Below are positions 19,369 through 30,994 of a stretch of 64,000 nt of DNA, piece by piece; the stretch's first letter is position 1; every line of letters begins with the position of its first letter. The DNA comes from the human T2T-CHM13v2.0 reference genome, Homo sapiens: assembly GCF_009914755.1 (NCBI RefSeq), contig NC_060926.1; one strand, 5' to 3'. The notes beneath the pieces were generated by a model. That model ran no database searches. It had not been told where the DNA came from and saw only the letters and a list, made by a program, of their open reading frames with translations. The position numbers and the translations under genes were made by a program.

Positions 19369-19699
19369 CTCCTGTATCCCTAGAACAATAGAATATTGCC
19401 TGATACACAAGTGGTGCTCAACAAATACCCATTGAAAGACTGTTGTTAGAAACATCTAAATTAGAAACACCTGGAAGGAACTAGGATGTGCGGAAGATTT
19501 TGCAACCCATATTCCTGAACTACATGTAGCTCAGAGAAGCCTTTTGTCCTTATATAGAGAGAACAAACTGGAGAGGCTGCCAGCTCTAGGGAATGGTTTT
19601 TTTCTTTGAACTGGAAAGAAAGGTACAATCCCAGTGGAGAAATTTAAAAAAAAAGAGGAAGAATAAATTTAAGATTCTGTGGCAGTCAAGGGTTTTTGT

Positions 19700-20112
19700 T
19701 ATGAAGGGCCTGATGCAGATTGGGCTTTCCAGAGCAGATACTGAGATGGAATATGACATGCAGGTGATTTATTAGGATTAATACTTCTGAAAGGAAGAGG
19801 GCAGAAGCAGAGTTGGGCAGAGGGAGAAATTGGATTGTGATGCAATCTCAGTCAACCCCTGAGGGAGTTCTAGAGCATATATGGCCCATCAGAGTTATTT
19901 TCCAATTATCTGGCTGAGTCTCTATACCCCAGCCTCATTCAGTCACAGGACAACAACTAACTCAGCAAAGGAATGGCCTTGACTGAGGCAGCTTTCAGCA
20001 GTCCAGACAAATTCTGAAGGAGCTGGCTGCTGAAAGCCACTTACTGAAGATGCTTCCAGGAGCTGGAGAAATAAGTTCTGCTTGAAAGAGGAACTGAGTG
20101 GTATAGCCATCT
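19700..20112. mobile_element. Old LTR (ERVL/MaLR-type)
   Basis: GCAGATACTGAGATGG...GATTTATTAG...GGGCAGAGGGAGAA pattern; subfamily not resolved. Confidence 0.5.
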
Positions 20113-20273
20113 GTCTGCCTCGGACCCCACATTTAAAATTCTGCTCTTATCTCTAAATGAGGCTGTGGAAATAGTTACTGAAGTATTCTTTTGCTAAGAA
20201 TTAGTTGACTAATTGTAAACACTCAAATTATACTGTAATTTTTTTCAAACTTGTTTTAGTATTTATTAGTTAG

Positions 20274-20450
20274 GAATCTCAAAAAGTACAAAATAAAATG
20301 GTCCAGGCATCTCTCAAATTTTACAAGGCTTTGGTATTGCTTGAATGTCCCACAGGATACAAAATTGAGCCCATTTACATGGTTGTAAATTGCTTTGGCA
20401 TTCTGAATTAAAGACATCCTACAAATGTCAATGATGTACTGAAGATCTAG
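20274..20450 (+). pseudogene. Pseudo-exon ESQKVQNKMVQASLKFYKALVLLECPTGYKIEPIYMVVNCFGILN*RHPTNVNDVLKI
   Basis: 45 open codons starting exactly at an AG after a T-rich tract. Confidence 0.5.
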
Positions 20451-20503
20451 CTCTAGAAAGATAGATTGGCATTAGTGCCAAAGGGAAATAAATGGAGAAA
20501 GCT

Positions 20504-21001
20504 GTATTAGTTTCCTATTGCTGTTATAACAAATTGCCACAAACTTGGTTGTTACAGCAATGAAAATTTATTGGTTGACAGTTCTGGAGGCCAGAAGTTG
20601 AAAATCAACATCACTAGGCTGAAATCAAGGGGTCAGCAGGGCTGCACTCCTTCTGGAGACTCTAGGGAGAATCCATTCTGTGTTTCTTCCAGTTTCTGGT
20701 GGCTGCAGACCTTTCTTGGCTTGTGTCTGCATTACTCCAATCTCTGTATTCATGGTCACTCTGTCTTCTATTCTGCTGTGTGCATACAATCTTCCTATTA
20801 CTTTTCTCTTTTAAGGATAAGTATGATTGCATTTAGGGCCCACACCCATAATTCAGGGTAATCTCTCCATTTCAGGATACTTAATCACATCTCCAACTCC
20901 CCCACTTCTCCCCACTGCTGGGCCCAATAAGGTAAAATTGACAGGTTCCAGGGATCAGAATGTGAATAACTTTGGGGAGGCCATTATTCAGTCTACCATA
21001 G
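20504..21001 (-). mobile_element. MLT1 (B/C-like) MaLR LTR
   Basis: TGTATTAGTTTCCTATTGCTGTTATAACAAATTGCCACAAACTTGG and typical body. Confidence 0.8.
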
Positions 21002-21307
21002 TGTAGCTTCTCAGTCTTTGCTTTAGCTCTCATTAGGCTGCAGACTTTGCTTTCTACCTACTGCAACAGCAGGACCCAAAAGGACACCCTATGTAAAGTG
21101 AAAGGATACCCTATGTCCAGGGTGGGCCTCATGGTGAAAAAACTAGAATTTCAACCTCCAGCATTCTGAGACCCACTTTAGGAAGGCCACCTTTGTGAGG
21201 GCAGGACTTTTGCTGTATTTCAATACTATAAGAGGACCAGGTTGACAGTGAAGAACACAATAAAAATTGGCTTGTACCACATTTGACTATTGAAAGATAT
21301 TTTTTAG

Positions 21308-22226
21308 AATACACATTACTCTAGATTTACTAGAATAAAAAAGTTTCTAGATGCCCTGACACCAGTTTCTAGCTATTTCTCATATGTCAAGTTGTTTCAT
21401 TCTCAGAAGCTTGGCTAGCAGTTAGGCAGGAAGGGAACAGGATTATTTATTTACAGCATGGCCTAGAGAATTTTTAAATAATACACTTCCCATTAAATTG
21501 TAAAATTTCTCCTTGATGGATGTTACATTTAACCATTCTCTCCTTCTACTTTACGCCTCCCTAAAGAGCTCTTTCAAAAATGAACTTTAATTTGTAACTG
21601 AAGGATAACAGAACAAAGATTCTCTGCTTTCCTGTCTTCCATTTTTCAGGCTTTATATGATGATTTTGCTGATAGAGGAGGAATGAAGGAGATTTGCTTT
21701 TCAGGCCAAGGAACAGCACCTGTTACCCTCTGGCCTATGCTCTGTGCGTGTAAAAAACTTTCCTCTTGGCTTAGCAGAAATTAGGTCAATGCCTACATGT
21801 TTGAAGGCTAAGATACAACATCCTCACTTTAAAGCTAATCATGTACAGACATAAATCCTGTCTGTTGCTATTGTTATGCTGTTTTTGCTATTCAAATTCA
21901 TTCATTTTCTTTTTTTAAAATCATGTTATAACATTATAAACAGTGGTCAAGTTTATTTTAAGCATTTACTGCTGAGATTTAAACCATTTCCAGGTTATAT
22001 AAAATGTATTCAGATGTGGGACTGAACAAATCTCCAGTTTCTTGGGTTATTTACCATTGGTTCAGTTACCTCTTTCACTAGGATGATAACTAAGCTTTAC
22101 TCTGAAAAGCTGAATTCTCTATTTTGTTTCAGCTCCCACAACAGAACTTAATACTTATTCATGTTCTCTGCAAGAGTTTCTTGGGACATTTCTGCTTACC
22201 CACACTTTCCTGCTGTTATTAAATAG
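21308..22226 (+). pseudogene. Pseudo-exons with PTEN/tensin-type phosphatase-like motifs
   Basis: 21308-21415 NTHYSRFTRIKKFLDALTP...; very strong acceptor at 21648-49 then ALYDDFADRGGMKEICFSGQGTAPVTLWPMLCACKKLSSWLSRN*VNAYMFE; after one frameshift ILSVAIVMLFLLF...KSCYNII...HLLLRFKPFPGYIKCIQMW (21855-22022). Confidence 0.6.
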
Positions 22227-22557
22227 GTGGCTATGTTCCAGAGACAACATTATTGAGTTTACATTATGAAAATTTATAAAAGCTAGTTTTCAGTGCTACC
22301 CTGTCCCAGGGACAAAGTGGATTCCTGTTTAGGGAAGGAATACACATTTCCTTTACCCTCAGGCCTTTAAATCTAAGTAAGTTTCTTGGTGCCACTTTAT
22401 ATTGATGCTTTAGACATTTATTTTAAGAATACATTCCCAGTTCTTATAAAGCAGAAATAAAACTTAAAGTACCCATTTAAAAATATATTTAGTATTTTTA
22501 TTTCATCTTTTCAAGGATCATATATTTTCACTTCATTCTTGATTCTAACTCTTTCAG

Positions 22558-22771
22558 AATCACTGACATGGAAAGATTTTCTGTTGGATATTTTTAGATG
22601 TCTATAACTCTGCTGTTAAGAATTCGTGTATCAAGTAGGTGGAGATCTACCAAATGAGCTGTTCTTATCTTAAGATCCCAAAGTGATTGGTCTGATCCTG
22701 CTCAAGGATTTAAGATTTTCTTGGACAGCACTGTTAATCTTTTAGATACTCTATATTAGTTTTGTTTATTG
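22558..22771 (+). pseudogene. Pseudo-exon ITDMERFSVGYF*...SQSDWSDPAQGFKIFLDSTVNLLDTLY*FCLL
   Basis: ctaactctttcag| acceptor and TTG|GTAAGT donor; phase-compatible with 22133-22226 upstream and 23587-23725 downstream. Confidence 0.5.
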
Positions 22772-24035
22772 GTAAGTAGTAAACTTGTAGTCTTTAATTT
22801 TTGGTTAACTTCTTAGTGTTTGCAACTATTGTTAACAATGGATACGATTATGTTAGATGCATATATAACATAACTTTCTAATTCATGTAAACTACCTAAA
22901 CTGTACCCAAATTAAAGAATATAATGAAAAAAATATGTGAACATACAAAGCTCAGAACAAAGTGTTTTGGCAGGATATGCTTGTGATCTAGGGAGGAAAA
23001 CTGACATTGGTAATAGTTCTATTGACAACTTATATACCAGGCATTTTACAAATATTATCCCACTCAATCCCAGTTTGGCCATCTGCTAGGTGTGGTGTCT
23101 TCAGCATATTACTTAATAGGTTTGTACCTTAATTTCCCCATTTGGTGGAATGAAACAAAAGAAAAAAAAACAGAAAAACAAAATACTTACATAGTTATGC
23201 TGAGGATTAAGGATTACATCACCTTGTTAAGACTAGTGCCTGAGATAAAGTAAACACCATATGAATGTTTGATATTAACATCCTTCACTGATAAGGATAC
23301 CGAGGTTCTGGAAAGCTAGAGAACCAGACCATGGTTGAAGAACTTACAAGAGATGACTTGAGCTCACACAGTGTTCTCTATACCAAGCAGTTTCTCATTT
23401 TAGTCTTGGCTCCATGTTTAGCTAATGTTGTAATACTGCTGAGCTTTGGTTTTGTTTCTTAGAAAATGAAAGTGTGGGGTTAACATTTACAGCCCAGTTC
23501 AGTTCTAGTATTCCATACATTTTACTTTGAGCTTTGGTAACCAATGAACACTTACCTGGCTATGGGAAAAATTTGTTTTTCTCTAGAAATGGGCAAGGAC
23601 TAAAATAGTTGGCTCTAGACATGTGGTGGTCATTAAAAGTACATGGTAGACTCATCACTGGAAAGTACCCACATGGTGGGAAAAGGTCAATCCCAGAAGC
23701 TGCGTTTAAGATGTCTTAGTAGCAGGTAGCCTACTCTCCAAGTTTGGGAAGGAAAAAACTTCTTGCTCATTTTGTTACACCAGGATATAGGTGACAACCT
23801 AAATTCGTCTGACAACACAACAAAAACAAGATAAATGAATGGTGGACCAACTTAGGCTTCTGTAAGACAGGTATGGGTGAAAAAGGGAAAGCTTTTCAGA
23901 TTTTTGTGGCCATATGAGGATGAAAACCCATGACTGTCCTTGAGTTTTCTTAGGCACAGGAGAAAGGAGTTAGGTGGCACCAAAGTTATTTGACACCAGA
24001 AATCTGAAAGACAGTAAACATAGTTTCATTCCAAA

Positions 24036-24046
24036 TGCTGAGTCAT
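24036..24046 (+). promoter_or_regulatory. ARE/NF-E2 motif TGCTGAGTCAT
   Basis: Exact consensus with A-rich flank; function untested. Confidence 0.45.
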
Positions 24047-24700
24047 TCTTATGGGGAAGAAGAGAAACACTTAAGACTCTCACTTCCCTGAGGTCTTGGT
24101 CTTCACTAGATTGCCTTCTGCTGAAATAATTACTTCATGTTTTAAAATTTGGTTATGGTCATTGTTTCCTTTCTCATAACCCCACTTAGTCTTCCTACAC
24201 TTTTAGTTTTAAACCTCTTTATTTGTTTGATTTGGTTTTAATACTATAAGCAAAAAAGAAGCAGTAGCAAGTGTTTGTTGAGAAGGGAAGGTTTTTGTTT
24301 TTTGCTTTTTTTTTTCAATATTGTCTGTGGAGCTGGCATAGTAATTACTGAGAGCAATTCCTAAATTAATGATTATCTCCCACTTCTCCATGAAAGTATC
24401 TTAATAATGAAAAGAAAGTGCTTAGGCATATAGGAAATTGTGTTCCTGTTACATACTCTAATCAGCAACCAAACCCTTTCAGTGGAATTCTTGTTATATT
24501 AGGAGCAAGACACAGGGCTAGAGATAGGGAGGCAGAAAGCTACTTAGATACTCATAAAAAGAATTGTCAAAAAAGGCTTTAAAGTGTTATGTATTAGGCT
24601 AGAAAGAAAAATTTGTTATTATATTTTATTCTCTTTAGAAAAGATTCATGGAATAAATAGGGCATAGTGTTTTATTTTATACGTGTCTGCGTGTCTGTGA

Positions 24701-25023
<323 letters not shown>

Positions 25024-25079
25024 TAAAAGAATGATCATAAACCTCTACATTTTGAAATTAATATTCATTAAAAATTTTT

Positions 25080-25440
25080 TAATTTCCATTTTTATTTTAG
25101 ATTCAGGGGCTACATGTGTAGGTTTGTTTCAAGGGTAGATTGTGTGGTGCTGAGGTTTGGACTTCTATTGATTCCATCACCCACATACTGAACATAGTAC
25201 CAAATTGGAAGTTTTTCAGCCCCTGTCCCCCTCCCTCCTTTTGGATTCCCCAGTGCCTATTCCCATCTTTATGTCTGAGTGAAACCATGATTTAGCTCAC
25301 ACTTACAAGTGAGAACATGTGATACTTGGTTTTCCGTTCCTACATTAATTTGCTTAGGATAACGGCCTGCAGCTGCATCCATATGCTGCAGCTGCATCCA
25401 TGTTGCTACAAAGTGATTTTGTTCTTTTTTAGGGCTGTGC
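25080..25440 (-). mobile_element. L1PA (old, 13-16-like) 3' end fragment
   Basis: TTTTAGATTCAGGGGCTACATGTGTAGGTTTGTT...CACTTACAAGTGAGAACATG. Confidence 0.8.
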
Positions 25441-25860
25441 ATTTTTAAGAATTAACAACTTTGAAAATATGCTCTAAATAACTTATGCTCTAATTGCAAG
25501 TCAGCAATGTTTTATTGGAGAAAATTATCTACTATACAACAGTTTCCTATTTATTTTATTCAAGTCAATAGTTGAGATTAGATGTGTGTGTGAAGAGTGG
25601 GAGAGTGGGAACTATAGAGCAGAGGTGCACGGTCTTGAAAAAGAAGATTCAGAGTAAATTGTATGCTGATCAGGTGAAGCTTCTTTCCTTGTCTGTGCCA
25701 ATTGACCCCACTCTCATGCACACCTTTTTCCTTCTGTGTCCTTCCTGAATCCCACCAGATGCCAACATCTTTCTGCTGTCCTTTGGTTGTTCTGGGCCCC
25801 AAATTTGGCAAGAGGAATCACGTCCAGTGCTCCTGACTTTTCTCAGGAAAAGGTGGTTAG

Positions 25861-26522
25861 TGAAACCACCTTTGCAAAATTATGACCTAGACAGTGAAAG
25901 AGATCTAACTTAACCGACTTCAACTTGTTTCTAACCTACAAGCTGTCCTTGTTCATTCCTGGGCGTAGGCTGAACTAACTTTGGGAAAAACTTAGTTTAC
26001 AGTTTATAGTTTTAACAAAGGTGGTAACAGCCCATTCCCAAAGCAGACCTCCCTCTTGCCTGGGGACTAGATTGCCTTTGTAGGACTAACAGCCACAAAA
26101 GATTAGAAACTATGGTTAAGGAGTCATTCTGACGCTCCCTAAACTGCTTCTAAGATCAGTGCTTGAGATATTTTGCAGACCCTGCACTTGACGGATCAGC
26201 TGGTACCACCTAGATCAATAAACTGACTCCTCTGACCTTGTGGCCCTCCACCCAGGAACTGACTTAGTGCAAGAAGACAGCTCCAACTCCCTATGATTTC
26301 ATCCCTGAGCAATCAGCACTCCTGGCTCACTGGCTTCCCCCAACCCACCAAGTTGTCCTTAAAAAATCCGCTCCACGAATGCTCCGGAGTCTGATTTGAG
26401 TAATAATAAAACTCTGGTCTCCCGCACAGCTGGCTTTGCGTGAATTACTCTTGCAATTCCCTTGTCTTGATCAATCGACTCTGTCTAGGCAGCGGGCAAG
26501 GTGAACCCCTTGGGCGGTTACA
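25861..26522 (+). mobile_element. LTR8 (ERV1) solo LTR
   Basis: Starts TGAAACCACCTTTGCAAAATTATGAC, ends GGGCGGTTACA; AATAAA near 26405; flanks ttag/ctag. Confidence 0.88.
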
Positions 26523-26876
26523 CTAGCTAGCAGTGTGACTAGGACTAGTGGGGAAAATAATCAGCTGACATAGTATGGATTGGACCAGATCGCTCACCTA
26601 AGCATTCATTTCAAATCAAGAAACATTTAAACATCAGTTATATTCAGGCACTATGCTAGGCACTAGAGTACAAAAGTGAGTAACTGATGGTCCCATTTCC
26701 CAAGCACTGAACTGATCTGGGATAATCAGTGAGAAGGAAATCCAGGACTGGCACCCAACTCAACCAGATTATTCCTTTTCTGGGTAACATGTTGCATTTC
26801 TAGATAAATGATGAGGGTTTGAAAAAAATGATAAAAATATTGGTTTGATTTGTCAAACTAAAGAAAAAAGAACTGA

Positions 26877-27047
<171 letters not shown>

Positions 27048-27567
27048 TGAGTAGCTGGGATTACAGGTGTTTGCCACCATGCCCGGCTAATTTTTGTATT
27101 TTTAGTAGAGATAGGGTTTCACCATGTTGGTTAGGCTGGTCTTGAACTCTTGACCTCGTGATCTGCCCACCTCAGCCTCCCAAAGTGCTGAGATTACAGG
27201 CGTGACCCACTGCGCCTGCCCGGCCACAAGGAAGTTTTTAAAGGAAAAGAAGAGGCAGTTTCTAAATTGTTTACCAATAATTTACATAAAAAAACAAACT
27301 ATTAATTGTCTATAGATTGTTCTTCGTATCACAAATTCCAGGAACATGAAGATATGGTTGGGTAGTCAGTCATGAACAAAATGCCTTTAAACAATCGCCT
27401 CTGAGCATGAGTGTGGGGGGTGCAACTTATGTCCCATATTCAAGGTCTCTCTGGGCCTGATAAATTTTGCATACCTCACATTGCTCAAATGCTCTGAACT
27501 ATTTTTCTTTTCTCAACTACAATTTCCTTTTTCTGGTTGCTCATGATTCAACTGGGGGAGCTTTTAA

Positions 27568-27872
27568 ACCGTGGTTCTCAAACTTTAATGTGCATCAGAA
27601 CTACCCAAAGGGCTTGTTAAATCTGGGTAGCTCAGCCCCAGCCCCAGAGTCTATGAATCAGGTCACTGGAGTACAGTTTCTGTCAAGTTCTCAGGTGATG
27701 CTGATGCTGCGGGCTCCAGTGACTACACTTTTAGAGCCAGTTTTAAAATACAAGGACTTGCAGATCCCACGTCCAGACTGACTCATTGGACTTGGGGATG
27801 GAAATCTGGCATTCCACCCCTCCCTGCCCCCTCCCCCCAATTTTAATGTGTCCAAGGGTGAGAATCATTGCT
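27568..27872. mobile_element. MER5A/MER5B-like hAT elements
   Basis: GTGGTTCTCAAACTTTAATGTGCATCAGAA...CAGGTGATGCTGATGCTG. Confidence 0.7.
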
Positions 27873-28299
27873 CCTCTGTGGACTATGGATGGTTCCCTGA
27901 AGTTACTGAGTTTGGGATTTAATAAATATATGCATTCCTCTGGGTCAACTACAGGAATTCTGCGGTATTTAAGGACATTAAATGAGTGACTTAATACTTT
28001 ATTTAAAAAAATACCACTGCTTTTTGGTTCACACTAATTTTCTTCCTTCTTTTGGAAAGGCATTTCCGTCCATCTCCTGGATATTTTCCAATACCACGAT
28101 AGAAAGGTTATTAGTACAGCACCCAGAGGTCTTCGGAGCAAAGCTGTTAAAGAAGTGGGGTCCATTTGAGCCCCAACTTTGCCTTCCTTAGGTCCCCTTG
28201 GGCTTGTCTAGCCCTAGGAGTTCCAACAAGTAAGCTGGGCATGCTCAGTGGGCAGGGTCGTTTTTTTTTTTTGGGTGGCGGGGGGTTGCAAGTGGGAAG

Positions 28300-28624
28300 C
28301 CTGCTGTTCAGCTGCCGGGGCTCTCCGCCTCCCCCCACCTGTATGAGGCTGGGTCTGGGGAACCTGTGCTCAGCATTCCACCCCCTGGAGCTTGGGCTTG
28401 GTCTTCCCTGCGGGTCCCTGCGCTGACATTCAGGCGGGGAGCCAGGAGGCCTGGCGCGCCTCCAGAGCCCGCCGGGGGAGCCGGGCGAGGGTTCTGGGCT
28501 CTGACGGCGGGGTCGCAGGGTCGCCCGCCTCCTGGACACGTCTGTAGGCCTAGGGAAGCCTGCCGGCCGGGAGGTACAGAGTAGGAGAAGCCAGATCCCA
28601 GGGCGGACAACGAGAAGTCGTCAG
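28300..28624 (+). other. GPD2: GPD2 alternative non-coding first exon (upstream); TSS approximate
   Basis: Ends GAGAAGTCGTCAG|GTAAGC, a consensus donor; matches my recollection of a GPD2 5' UTR variant. Start not determinable from sequence. Confidence 0.7.
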
Positions 28625-28920
28625 GTAAGCCAGCCCCGCCAGCGTGCCGGCGGACGAGTGTCTCCTCTCCCGCAGGCAGATGGCCAGGGCGGCCCGCATG
28701 GGCGAGGGCACAGGAAATCGGACACCGCCACCGTCTTCCCCAGCCTGGCCTAGCTCAGGCTTTCCAGTCCGCCAGCCCGCTGGCAAGGCGGGGCGGAGGT
28801 CTGGAGTCCGGCATCGCCGAGGCACAAAGCAGGAACTGCAGCCAGGGGCGAGGGCCCTTGCGTGTGGCGCTGCGCGACCCCACCCGGCGGCAGGACCCGC
28901 GTCCCCGTCTAGTCACGTTC

Positions 28921-28931
28921 ATTGGGCCACG
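28921..28931 (+). promoter_or_regulatory. ERSE-II motif ATTGG-N-CCACG
   Basis: Exact match ATTGGGCCACG between the two first exons; function untested. Confidence 0.5.
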
Positions 28932-29149
28932 GAGACCACCTCGCTCGCCGCCCGCTGTTGGCTTTTCCCTCCCACACCCCCGCCAACCCCGGCCCCGGTT
29001 CCCGCCCCCACTTCCGCGTTTCCCCGCTGGGCCGGAGGAGCCTGGGCCCGAGGTATCCGGGCAGGAGGTGGCGGCCTCGCCGCCCTGGTCAGGCCTCCGG
29101 GAGGGAGCAGGCGCGGGAGCGGGAGGAGGAAGTCGGGAAGAGGGAAGGC

Positions 29150-29333
29150 GGGGGCGCGGCCCGCCCGGCGCTCGAGTTACACCCGCCCAGCCCGCCTCGA
29201 GTGACAGCCCCGCGCGCCTCGCTGGGAGCACCCGGGCCGAGGCTCTGATTCTGGGGGGAGGCCGACTCCACCCTGGCTGGAGGAACTGGGTGCTCCTGCC
29301 CGCTGGCCCCTCGCGCGTGAGGATCTATCTCAG
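29150..29333 (+). other. GPD2: GPD2 alternative non-coding first exon (downstream); TSS approximate
   Basis: Ends GTGAGGATCTATCTCAG|GTGTGT; I recall the GPD2 mRNA continuing GCTAAGAAATGGCATTT in exon 2, which is not in this window. No ATG in the exon. Confidence 0.8.
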
Positions 29334-30862
29334 GTGTGTGCTTCCTGGGAGACCCCTTCCCCCGCCTCTAGTATTCTAGGGGGGGAGTGGTCCCTTTCTG
29401 ACCCGGGCGAGTGTTCTGGGACTCCAGTCTTGGCGGTAGGTGGTGGCGGGAAACGGGAAAGATTTAGAATTTCTTCCCACCAGCAGAAGATGGATTCGCT
29501 CTTCTCTAGGGTTTCGTTGTTTATGTTTTGGAGGCGGCATTTGTAAAATAGTAAAGTGGCAGGACTTTTGGGGCGAGGGTTGGTACCCCATTGAAAGTTC
29601 ATGCAAACTTTTAGCTTGTAGATGCGGCTAGTCTGATAAGGATTGTTGCTCCCTTCCGAAGCAAGAGTGAGAACGAGTCTGGAGGAGGGCTGAGGCTTCT
29701 TTGAGAAACTCAGCTGCTGGCGTGTGACCGTCCTAGGAGGAAATGGAAGGTGCACACTGATAACTTAAAACAGCCTCCACTCCCTATGTAGTAACTTCTA
29801 CCAGCAAAAATAGATTTGCAAAGAGTGCTTTGGCAGGAAGGTGTAGCTGGGTGAATGAAGTGCTGCTCTTAGCAGATGGTCTCTAGTCTGGCTTCCACCT
29901 TGTGCAGTGGAATATTCACTCCCAGAAGAGTTCCAGAGTAATTTACAAACACAAATTCTTGCAAAGTGTTAGTGACATGGGCAACCCAAATCACACACAA
30001 CACATTATAAATATCATAGGAGGCAGCTATAGAAATAGCAGCTAGTCAACTTATACTTGTATAAATAGGTGAGGGAAGGAAGTTAGTAAGTGACAGGGAG
30101 TCTTTATTGCTAAAACAAAACTGTTAGTATTTTGCATGTGTTCCAAGTTTAAAGAGATGTGAAGTTTCTTTTTGGCGTGTGGACGGTGCTGGCAGCTGTC
30201 ACACTGGGCCCAGGCACTTCTTCGTAGCTACTGACCACTCTAGTCCCAGTCCTACAGTTCTTGCTGGCTACCACATGACATCTGGATGCCATTGCCCAAT
30301 GGAGACCGTGTGCAGTCTGGGGAACCTTGTGATGTGGATGTTGAAACCCCCCTCTGTTTCTCACAGGGGCGTTATGTCAAATTACAACACTCCCTTGACT
30401 TTTACAAATCAACTCGTGAAATAATACAGCAATATTTTAATGAATAAATGGGTAAATATGGGGTTTTGGGTTTGAGAACCAACAATGGATTCATTGCAAC
30501 TGTCCATTCTCATAGCTTATAGAGTCACTTTATTTTATAAAGAAATTCTAAACAGCATTAGAGCTCTGCTTCCTTCTTTCTCCCTTGTGATTCATTCAAA
30601 GATGCAATGGCTTGGTTCAGGAATTGACAAAAGGGCCACAGTGTTACCAATTGTTAGTGAGTGTTACCACCCCCTTTAGTTTTTTTTGTAACTATTTAAT
30701 CTCATTGTAGATATTTTAAAAGATTTGATGATTATTGTGCATAACTCATGTTGGCAAACTATTATAACTCTGAACTTATCCTGTTTGGTTGTTTTCTTTC
30801 ATCTCTAGCGTGTAAGTTCTATGAGAGTAGCAGGGCTTGTTCTGTCTTGCATACTTTCAAAA

Positions 30863-30994
30863 CTCTAATGCCTGGAGTGGTGACTAGCTTGTAATACACC
30901 CTCAATAAATGTTTTCTCAATGAGTGACCTCCAATGCCTAGAGGGGTGACTAGCTTGTAATACACCCTCAATAAATGTTTTCTCAATGAGCGAC
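30863..30994 (+). repeat. 66-bp tandem duplication (2 copies) in an L2 3' end
   Basis: Units start at 30863 and 30929; 4 mismatches. Confidence 0.92.

Larger units (their letters stand above)
28300..29450 (+). promoter_or_regulatory. GPD2: CpG-island promoter region of GPD2
   Basis: Sharp rise in GC and CpG density; GC boxes (e.g. CCCGCCCC 29001-29008), CCACACCC 28972-28979, ETS/GABP-type CACTTCCG 29009-29016, inverted CCAAT 28921-28925; two + strand splice donors. Boundaries approximate. Confidence 0.9.

Noticed and set aside
28147-29755. Long Arg/Pro/Gly-rich ORFs on both strands
   Set aside because: Expected from stop-poor GC-rich CpG-island DNA; they overlap in all frames and match no protein family I recognise.
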